The notes under the pieces: generated by a model | What the model saw: only the letters and a program-made list of their open reading frames with translations | Database searches by the model: none | Told to the model about the DNA's origin: nothing | Position numbers and translations under genes: made by a program | Part shown: positions 34,106-41,187 of the stretch, one piece after another | How the letters are laid out: each line of letters starts with the position of its first letter | How positions within the stretch are numbered: the stretch's first letter is position 1 | From: a virus | Lineage: Duplodnaviria; Caudoviricetes | Length of the DNA stretch: 41,187 nt | IMG/VR virus record: IMGVR_UViG_3300037722_000450 | Location: 1-41,187 of that record | Direction: 5' to 3' (one strand)

Positions 34106-34786
34106 ATGGAACTTGATTTCGACTTCGATGATCTACAACCCGACTTCGATTTTGACGATTTGCACATTGAAGGCGACACCCAAGCCGAATCGCAGAAACC
34201 GAAGCCTCCTAAGCAAACGTATGCTTTATATCAAAAGGCGCTTAAGCGTAGCCAACGCCGCATTCTGAAACGGGCATCCTTGCGGAGCGAATTAGCGCAT
34301 TTGCCGGAAAAGGGCGAAACGCTTCATATCATTGGCGAGGGTACATATGACTTTTTCACATGGATTCCCGTTATTCAAGATATTTTAGGTACACCGATTA
34401 CACTCTATGCCAGCACATGGACAATGAATAGACCGAACGTCGTTGAGTTATTCGAGTTATTCGATATAGGTAAATTGTCGAGCGTCAATATGTTAACTGG
34501 TTTGTACTTCAAACAACGCGAATCGTCGGTATTTTCGGCGCTCATTACGGGGATGCGCAAGCGTGGGCAACGTTACGGAGCATTTAAAAATCACACTAAG
34601 ATTACCTTGATTACCAATGGGGATATTTATTTAGTTATTGAAGGTAGCGCCAATTTTACGAGTAATCCGCGAGCCGAACAATATATTTTGACCAATGACC
34701 AAACAACTTATGACTTCTTTCAGAATTGGTTTGACGAGATGTTAACCACTTATGCTTTGATAGGATATGACAATGCCACTGAGTGA
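34106..34786 (+). CDS. Phospholipase D-like (HxK) nuclease-fold protein
   Basis: NHTKITLI...IEGSANFT. Confidence 0.8.
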   Translation: MELDFDFDDLQPDFDFDDLHIEGDTQAESQKPKPPKQTYALYQKALKRSQRRILKRASLRSELAHLPEKGETLHIIGEGTYDFFTWIPVIQDILGTPITLYASTWTMNRPNVVELFELFDIGKLSSVNMLTGLYFKQRESSVFSALITGMRKRGQRYGAFKNHTKITLITNGDIYLVIEGSANFTSNPRAEQYILTNDQTTYDFFQNWFDEMLTTYALIGYDNATE

Positions 34787-35234
34787 AGAACAAATCGCTA
34801 TTGCGATAAAAGCCAAGGCGGGGAATATATCGGCGGTGGCGCGTGATTTAGAAGTTTCGCGTCAAGCAATTTACAACTATCTGGATGAATATCCTCGATT
34901 AAAGGAATTGGTTGCTGATACCCGTGAAGAATTAGTTGATATTGCCGAAAGTGCCGCCCGGCGGGAAATCATCAACGGTAATACCGCCATGATTATTTAT
35001 ACGCTCAAAACTCAAGGTCGGCATCGCGGCTGGCAAGAAAAGGTGTCCCTTGAACTCAGTAGCGAGGCGTGGGTGTTATTGCCTAAACTGGCAAAAGCCT
35101 TAGAAGCGCAGGGGGTGGCTTTAGAGGATGTGTTGACGGCCATGCTGAGTGAAATCAATTCACGGGGTACTGAAGAAATAGCCCTGTTGCCTGATGTGGT
35201 AGAGGGGGAAGTATCAAATGTCAGTGAGTCCTAA
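34767..35234 (+). CDS. terS: Terminase small subunit (putative, Fis-like HTH)
   Basis: GNISAVARDLEVSRQAIYNY; IYTLKTQGR.RGW.E; directly before TerL. Confidence 0.75.
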   Translation: MTMPLSEEQIAIAIKAKAGNISAVARDLEVSRQAIYNYLDEYPRLKELVADTREELVDIAESAARREIINGNTAMIIYTLKTQGRHRGWQEKVSLELSSEAWVLLPKLAKALEAQGVALEDVLTAMLSEINSRGTEEIALLPDVVEGEVSNVSES

Positions 35235-36765
35235 TCCTCCCCAAAAAGCCAATGTGCCTACACTCAATATTAATTCACTGGTCAGTGATAGTCTGGATAG
35301 GGTACAAGGCACACTCCGCAAGTATCAGGGTGAGAGTGGCATCGGCTTATTTTGTCGAGAAGTGTTAGGCGTACACTTACACCCTTACCAAGATGAGATA
35401 CTCAAGGCGTTAGTGCAGAAACGGCGCGTGGCGGTGCGAGGGCCGCATGGCATCGGCAAGTCATTTCTGAGTAGTTGCGCGGTGTTGTGGATAGTTTCAA
35501 CTGCTCCTGATACGATTGACACGAAAGTAGTGACGACGGCCAGCGCATGGCGACAATTAGAGAAGTTCTTATGGCCTGAGATTAATCGGCTGGCCATGAA
35601 TGCCGATTGGGGCAAGATTGGTCTACAAATGCGGCGGAGTTATGAGTTAATGCGTCTGAGTATCAGATTGTCAGGTGGCAGAGAAGCATTTGCGGTAGCG
35701 AGTGACAATCCCGCTCTCATTGAAGGGGCACATGCCAAGCGCATCGGCTATATATTTGACGAATCGAAGTCTATCCGGGACGGTACATGGGACGCGGCGG
35801 AGGGCGCATTTAGTCAAGAAGGGCTAGATGGTCATGAGGTGTATGCGTTGGCGGTGAGCACGCCGGGGGATAGTCAGGGTCGTTTTTATGATATTCACCA
35901 ACGTAAGCCCGGACTTGAGGGCTGGTGGACGCGCCACGTTACCCTAGAGGAGGCGATTGAAGCCGGACAAATTAGCGAAAAGTGGGCCAGAGACCGCCGT
36001 AACCAGTGGGGCAGTACAAGTCCCATGTACAAGCGGCGGGTACTTGGTGAATTTGCCACCGATAGCGCCCAAAATGTTATTCCACTGGAGTGGGTGGAAC
36101 TTGCCCACGAACGGTGGCAAGAATGGCAAGATTTACAAGCCGAAAATGAAGCCCTTGCCGATGATTTGTTAGAAGAGAGCGCCCCTACCGAGAAATCGAC
36201 CAACGAAGTCATTGGGTGCGACCCATCGGGCGAAACGGGCCGGGATGATACCGTTATTATCCGCTTACGGGATATGATGATTGTGGCGATACACGAAATG
36301 AATAATATGGACCCGGTGGAAATTGGGGAATTGCTCATTGATATGGCAAGCCACAATGAACGCATTGCCATAGATAGTATCGGCATTGGCGCGGGGGTGG
36401 TGGCTCATTTACGCAAAAAGGAACGGTCAGCCCACGGGGTCAATGTGAGTGAGCCTACCCACTGGACAGATATTAGTGGGGAAATTCGCTTTTTGAATTT
36501 GCGCAGTTTCTTATGGTGGTTAGCGCGTGAATATCTTGACCCCACCGCTCCGCATGGCAAGTTGTTGGCTTTTCCTGAGCATGATCGACTGACGCAAGAA
36601 TTAACCGCGCCCCTATGGAAACAAACGACGCGGGGGGTAGTCCAAGTTGAGGCGAAAGCCCTAGTAAAAAAGAGATTAAGCGGACGGTCAACTGATTTAG
36701 CGGATGCGCTGATGTTGGCATTGTACGCGCAACGAGTAGGGAGTAATCACGGCATATGGCTATAG
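35218..36765 (+). CDS. terL: Terminase large subunit
   Basis: Walker A GPHGIGKS, Walker B YIFDES, STP, nuclease GCDP / IDSIG.G.GV / DLADAL. Confidence 0.96.
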   Translation: MSVSPNPPQKANVPTLNINSLVSDSLDRVQGTLRKYQGESGIGLFCREVLGVHLHPYQDEILKALVQKRRVAVRGPHGIGKSFLSSCAVLWIVSTAPDTIDTKVVTTASAWRQLEKFLWPEINRLAMNADWGKIGLQMRRSYELMRLSIRLSGGREAFAVASDNPALIEGAHAKRIGYIFDESKSIRDGTWDAAEGAFSQEGLDGHEVYALAVSTPGDSQGRFYDIHQRKPGLEGWWTRHVTLEEAIEAGQISEKWARDRRNQWGSTSPMYKRRVLGEFATDSAQNVIPLEWVELAHERWQEWQDLQAENEALADDLLEESAPTEKSTNEVIGCDPSGETGRDDTVIIRLRDMMIVAIHEMNNMDPVEIGELLIDMASHNERIAIDSIGIGAGVVAHLRKKERSAHGVNVSEPTHWTDISGEIRFLNLRSFLWWLAREYLDPTAPHGKLLAFPEHDRLTQELTAPLWKQTTRGVVQVEAKALVKKRLSGRSTDLADALMLALYAQRVGSNHGIWL

Positions 36766-37058
36766 AAGTAAATGAACTCAGAGAACACCTGTTAAGTGTG
36801 TATGGCAAACAAGCCTTCGACCATACCCAATATGCAAATGTTCACATAATTGAAGTTGTTGGTGAGTATTTTGTTCAGTGGGTTGGCTCTAATAATCCAT
36901 CGAATGATCTTTTGGCGGTGTCATTGAAAACGATAGAGAATTTAATAACACTTGCAGTTGAAATCATTGATAACAAATATCTCATGTTGTGTGGTTTCCG
37001 CTTACGGATTGTCAATTATGATTATCTGTGTGACGCGGTCATCTGCCAATTAGGTTAA
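36756..37058 (+). CDS. Hypothetical protein
   Basis: RBS GGGAG; AT-richer ORF. Confidence 0.65.
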   Translation: MAIEVNELREHLLSVYGKQAFDHTQYANVHIIEVVGEYFVQWVGSNNPSNDLLAVSLKTIENLITLAVEIIDNKYLMLCGFRLRIVNYDYLCDAVICQLG

Positions 37059-37068
37059 GGAAAATAAA

Positions 37069-37524
37069 ATGGCAAAATATAATGATGGCAAAATTGTAAC
37101 TGTACCTTTAACACTCGACACAGATGCTTATGAAGCTGGCGATGTCTTGCATGGGTTGGTATCCGTTGACATCAGCAATTTTAATGATAGTGCGATGTTA
37201 CGCGCAATTGAATTGCTCGAAGATGGTTCAAACGCCACGTCTACGTCGTTCTATTTCTTCGATAGTGAACCGAGTACCATTGCCGACGATGCCGCGTTTG
37301 CCCCAGCGTGGGCCGATATGCAAAAGTTGATACCGCGCGGGGTGGTGACTTTATCCGATTATACTGCTATCAATTCGATTAATTACGCCATGAGTGATGA
37401 AATTAACTTGGATGTAGTGGGGGATACGCTTCGTTTCTATACCGTGACGAATGGCACTCCGACTTATGGCGCAACTGATGTAGTGCTACGGCTTAGCTTT
37501 TGGCTAGATGGGACTGAAGAATAA
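37069..37524 (+). CDS. Acidic beta-rich hypothetical protein (possibly virion-associated)
   Basis: AYEAGDV..G motif; RBS AAGGA. Confidence 0.7.
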   Translation: MAKYNDGKIVTVPLTLDTDAYEAGDVLHGLVSVDISNFNDSAMLRAIELLEDGSNATSTSFYFFDSEPSTIADDAAFAPAWADMQKLIPRGVVTLSDYTAINSINYAMSDEINLDVVGDTLRFYTVTNGTPTYGATDVVLRLSFWLDGTEE

Positions 37525-38348
37525 TGACCCATCGGCGACGGGCGCTAGCGGCGGGGATTGTGGGGGGTGGTGGTGGTGGTGTTACGCTGTTGACGATGCA
37601 AACCACGAGCGTTACCCCCACCACGTTCGACCCAGTGTTAACGCTCGCAGGGGGTGCGCCTACGCCTGAGTGGGACATGGGCGATGGTACACAGTTGACA
37701 GGCGCGAGTATCTCGCATACGTATGCGGACGCGGGGACGAAGACGGTGACGTTGGGGCCAGCGTCGTTGTATGAGTATGTGACGGTATTGGATATTAGAA
37801 TAGATAATTTAACAGTGTTAGACGCGGCTCCATTGGTGAATTTAACGATACTAAATTGTGCCGCCAACAGTATCAGCGTGTTAGAGGTTGGTGCGTTGGT
37901 AAATTTAAATCAACTGTATTGCGACTCTAACAGTATCAGCGTGTTAAATGCGGCTCCATTGGTAAATTTAACGATACTGCGTTGCTACTCTAACAGTATC
38001 AGCGCGTTAGAGGTTGGCACGCTGGTAAATTTGACGCGACTACTGTGCTACTCTAACAGTATCAGCGCGTTAGAGGTTGGGGCGTTAACTGAATTGGACG
38101 ATTTCCAATGTCAAGACAATGGTATGACGCAATCCGAGGTGGACACGATTATTGATGATATATATACGAATCGTGCCAACTATACCAGCGCTACGCCTAG
38201 CATGAATATCGGCGGCACAAACGCCGCGCCAAGTGGCACATATCAATACAGCGCCACGCCTTCAACTGGTAAAGAGAAGATTTATGCGCTGGTGAATGAT
38301 GACGATGGCGAGCTTTTTAACACATGGACGATAACGTTTTCAGCATGA
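37524..38348 (+). CDS. PKD-like domain plus 21-aa leucine-rich-repeat protein
   Basis: WDMGDGT..SHTYADAGTKTV; LxxLxCxxNxIxxL repeats. Confidence 0.88.
   Translation: MTHRRRALAAGIVGGGGGGVTLLTMQTTSVTPTTFDPVLTLAGGAPTPEWDMGDGTQLTGASISHTYADAGTKTVTLGPASLYEYVTVLDIRIDNLTVLDAAPLVNLTILNCAANSISVLEVGALVNLNQLYCDSNSISVLNAAPLVNLTILRCYSNSISALEVGTLVNLTRLLCYSNSISALEVGALTELDDFQCQDNGMTQSEVDTIIDDIYTNRANYTSATPSMNIGGTNAAPSGTYQYSATPSTGKEKIYALVNDDDGELFNTWTITFSA
37785..38095 (+). repeat. About five 63-bp tandem repeats encoding LRRs
   Basis: AACAGTATCAGCG at 37866, 37929, 37992, 38055. Confidence 0.9.
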
Positions 38349-39127
38349 TTTTAAATAGTGAAGATATTCTAATCCTAACCATACTAGTAGAACAACGATG
38401 GAATGGCAGGAACAAAAGTAGATATATTGAGCTTGGATATAAATTCACAAAGATTGGTGATGCTTTTCAGGTTTCAATTGAACATTTAAGTCATGGTTCG
38501 CGGGCGAAGGTTTTAGTGGCTTGTCCTGATTGTGGTGAGCAAAGAGAAATGGCTTACAGCAATATATTAAAACATAATTCGACACGTTGTAGGAAATGCG
38601 CCAACTTCAAAGCAACTTTTAACGATTTATCCAGCAAACGCTTTGGACGATTAATAGTAATTGAATGTGGCGAGCTAAAAAATAGTCAATATACATGGAA
38701 ATGTCTGTGTGATTGTGGCAGGGAATTATATGTGCGCAGTGCGGATTTAACTAGAGGGAAAAGCACATCTTGTGGGTGTAAGCGCGATGAATATGTTGCA
38801 TCATTGCAATACAGAGTTGGTAAGAGACATCCTAATTGGAAGGATATTTCAGAAGCGGAGCGCAGGAAAAGGCGAGATCACAAATCATCTCTATTAAGAG
38901 AAAAATGTTTCAAGCGGGATGATTATACTTGTTTATCCTGCTCAAGACGGGGTGGCGATTTAGAAGCACATCATTTGTATGATTGGGCTTCATATCCAGA
39001 CATGCGGTATACCCTAGAAAATATTGTCACTCTTTGCGTTGTGTGCCACAGAAATTTTCATACTTGGACAGAGACATGCAATCCTGAGATGTTCTTGGGA
39101 TGGAAGAATATAGAGCGAGGAAGTTAA
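38345..39127 (+). CDS. Free-standing HNH endonuclease with Zn-finger DNA-binding modules
   Basis: RFGRL..WKCLCDCG..STSCGC; RDDYTC..C...LEAHH...N.VTLC..CH..FH. Confidence 0.9.
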   Translation: MILNSEDILILTILVEQRWNGRNKSRYIELGYKFTKIGDAFQVSIEHLSHGSRAKVLVACPDCGEQREMAYSNILKHNSTRCRKCANFKATFNDLSSKRFGRLIVIECGELKNSQYTWKCLCDCGRELYVRSADLTRGKSTSCGCKRDEYVASLQYRVGKRHPNWKDISEAERRKRRDHKSSLLREKCFKRDDYTCLSCSRRGGDLEAHHLYDWASYPDMRYTLENIVTLCVVCHRNFHTWTETCNPEMFLGWKNIERGS

Positions 39128-39128
39128 C

Positions 39129-39338
39129 ATGCCAGTTTATTATCTGATAGTAGGTAACAGAATCAAGCAGGAAATTGACACCGCCGATGGTGACGTTACC
39201 GCGTTGCCGATACTTGATAGTGCGCGGGCGGTATCACTACTGAATCGTCAGCATGTGATTGCGCTGATGAATAACGAGGGATGGACAGCGCAACAAGTCA
39301 TCGACAAGTTGGGTTTAGTGGATGAGCGTGAGGTTTAA
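39129..39338 (+). CDS. Hypothetical protein
   Basis: RBS GAGGA. Confidence 0.7.
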   Translation: MPVYYLIVGNRIKQEIDTADGDVTALPILDSARAVSLLNRQHVIALMNNEGWTAQQVIDKLGLVDEREV

Positions 39339-39821
39339 ATGACTATCCTATTCGGCTTATTCCTACTCTTTGGCACTGGCATTGTAGATTGCATAGGCAT
39401 AGAGCCTGCCTTCATGCTGATTTATCAGGATAAATACTATTGGGATGCGTTGCCTGATGATTTTATCACCTTAGAAGGCCAGCAAGTCGAGTGGTTAGGC
39501 TATGCGCCCCGCGATATTCCTTATTACTGGCTATTAGAGCGTCAAGGTGTTGAGTATGGTTTTAAAGGTATCAACTTAGATTTACTTGAACCTCTAGCCA
39601 TTATCCACTTGTATGATATGGATGGCATCACCTATGAACGCTTTACGATTAGCGCCTATGGTGATGGGTATTTCATTACTGAGACAAGCTTAGGGGAATT
39701 TGGGCGTTCAGATGGCACAGCTTATGATTATCACATATTGGCAAATCCTACAGGTGGGGCGTGTATGTGGTTAGTTGAGGATATAGGCTTGGGTTGGTTA
39801 GAGCTAGATAAAAGAGGTTAA
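39339..39821 (+). CDS. Hypothetical protein with hydrophobic N-terminus
   Basis: MTILFGLFLLFGTGIVDC; RBS GAGG. Confidence 0.7.
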   Translation: MTILFGLFLLFGTGIVDCIGIEPAFMLIYQDKYYWDALPDDFITLEGQQVEWLGYAPRDIPYYWLLERQGVEYGFKGINLDLLEPLAIIHLYDMDGITYERFTISAYGDGYFITETSLGEFGRSDGTAYDYHILANPTGGACMWLVEDIGLGWLELDKRG

Positions 39822-39824
39822 TGT

Positions 39825-41187
39825 ATGCCAATTTTGGGGCAACTATCGAATATCATTAAAAAAGCCATGAATCGGGCGCGGGATGTATTCGCTACCTATA
39901 TCCCGGATTGGATGGCTAACGTCACATGGAGTCAGCGGGGGTATCGTACCAATGTGAGACTACGCTATACCTTCAATGAACTCATTTTCGCGTGTGTGAC
40001 ACTGAACGCATCAACAGCGGCCAATGTGCAACTGCGCGTCAAGGGACGTGCGACCAACACGTTTGAAGATGACCATCCCATGCGGCTGTTACTGGAAAAC
40101 CCCAACCCCTACATGAGCGAAGCGGATTTATGGGAAACTGTGATTATGCATCAACAGTTAGCGGGTCGGTGTGTACTCGAAAAAGAACGCAACCGACGCG
40201 GGGAAGTCATCGGCTTGTGGCCACTACGTCCCGACTGGCTTGAAGTTGTGCCATCTGTTACGACGCTTATTGCAGGGTTTACGTACGGGCCACCGGGGAC
40301 TAAAAAGGTATTTATTCCCTATGATGATACAGTCGATATTCCCTTGCGCCACCCTGACAACCCGATTGTGCCATTTGAGACGTTAGCGCCTGTTACCGTG
40401 GCCGCACGGGTAGTAGATGTAGACAGTCAAGTGACTGAGTTCTTAAAGCTGTTCTTTGAGCGTGGGGGTGTACCGCCGGGAATCCTCAAGACGCGGCAAA
40501 AGCTCATTGAATCGGATGTAGATTTACTCCGCAAGCGGTGGCGTGAACGCTACGGCGGGTATACCAAGTGGACTGAACCTGCGATTCTCGATAGCGATGC
40601 TGAGTATCAGAGAATCGGCGCAACCTTTGAAGAGATGGGCTTTATTGTCCTAGACCGTCGTAACGAATCGCGTATTTGTATGATTATGAAAGTACCGCCG
40701 ATTGTGGTGGGTGCTTATGCGGGGTTAGAGTTGGGCAGTTACGATAATTACCTGACAGCGCGTAAGGCATGGTGGGAAGATAGCAATATTCCCCGCTTTG
40801 AACAAATCGGGCGACGGGTGCAACTCGAATTAGCCCATGAATTTGATAATCCCATAGTCGAGTGGGATTATTCACGGGTACAGGCGCTCCAAGATAACAA
40901 GGAAATTAGTTGGAAACTAGCGGCTGAGGTGTTTCGGACAGGTGCAATTACCAAGAATATGTATTTAGAAATGCTGAATATGCCTCAATTGGGGCCAGCG
41001 GGGGACGTGTTCTTACACTCACTTGCGTATGTTGTCGAACCTTATAAGAAGCCTGCCCAGCGCGGGGCATCGAGTGAAGCTGAAATCTTTAGTGTGGCGA
41101 AAGTCGATACACCTGAATTACCCAGTGGCGTGAAAATAGACGAAGATCTTAGAGAAAAACGCGAAAACGAATTAGAGCAAGCGGCGC
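39825..41187 (+). CDS. HK97-family portal protein (wraps to 249; about 480 aa; absent from ORF track)
   Basis: Manual translation MPILGQLS...IFACV...HPMRLLLENPNPYMS...GLWPLRPD...; RBS AGAGG. Confidence 0.95.
   Translation, partial: MPILGQLSNIIKKAMNRARDVFATYIPDWMANVTWSQRGYRTNVRLRYTFNELIFACVTLNASTAANVQLRVKGRATNTFEDDHPMRLLLENPNPYMSEADLWETVIMHQQLAGRCVLEKERNRRGEVIGLWPLRPDWLEVVPSVTTLIAGFTYGPPGTKKVFIPYDDTVDIPLRHPDNPIVPFETLAPVTVAARVVDVDSQVTEFLKLFFERGGVPPGILKTRQKLIESDVDLLRKRWRERYGGYTKWTEPAILDSDAEYQRIGATFEEMGFIVLDRRNESRICMIMKVPPIVVGAYAGLELGSYDNYLTARKAWWEDSNIPRFEQIGRRVQLELAHEFDNPIVEWDYSRVQALQDNKEISWKLAAEVFRTGAITKNMYLEMLNMPQLGPAGDVFLHSLAYVVEPYKKPAQRGASSEAEIFSVAKVDTPELPSGVKIDEDLREKRENELEQAA
41019..41187 (+). 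repeat. Terminal direct repeat, right copy
   Basis: Matches 1-169; unit genome is 41,018 bp. Confidence 0.97.

Noticed and set aside
33900-34106. 68-aa ORF before the PLD-like gene
   Set aside because: GTG start without a clear RBS, atypical composition, and it overlaps putative cis sites.
37524-38348. LRR or tail genes as DGR targets
   Set aside because: No reverse transcriptase and no TR/VR pair with adenine-specific differences was seen.

Overview
The window is an apparently complete, circularly permuted tailed-phage genome (siphovirus-type, HK97 fold) of about 41,018 bp. Bases 1-169 repeat at 41019-41187 and the portal gene reads through that junction. Essentially all credible genes are on the + strand. 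Order: PLD-like nuclease, TerS, TerL, six accessory genes (including a PKD/LRR protein and an HNH endonuclease), portal, gp7-like, gp10-like, protease, capsid, connector, tail genes with a -1 frameshift chaperone, TMP, large Dit with beta-propeller, tail proteins, a membrane/lysis-like block with no recognisable endolysin, then early genes (HTH, LmbU-like, replication initiator, DnaB, Bro-N/DinD-like, DUF559-like, RuvC, DUF6745 pair, SSB, many small ORFs). I see no integrase, CI-type repressor, ParA/ParB, reverse transcriptase, tRNA or CRISPR array. A Chloroflexota host is only a tentative impression. The most interesting signals are non-coding. (1) Small genes are joined by a 15-nt GAAAGYGAGGATTAR junction, and other 10-19 nt repeats cover RBS and start codons. 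(2) Three Xer/dif-like 11-6-11 sites occur, two of them bracketing a two-gene module. (3) A 14-bp palindrome TCCYGAYRTCRGGA occurs five times. (4) A ~65-nt sRNA with an anti-Shine-Dalgarno loop matches the replication initiator RBS. Functions are inferred from motifs and synteny by eye; no searches were run.
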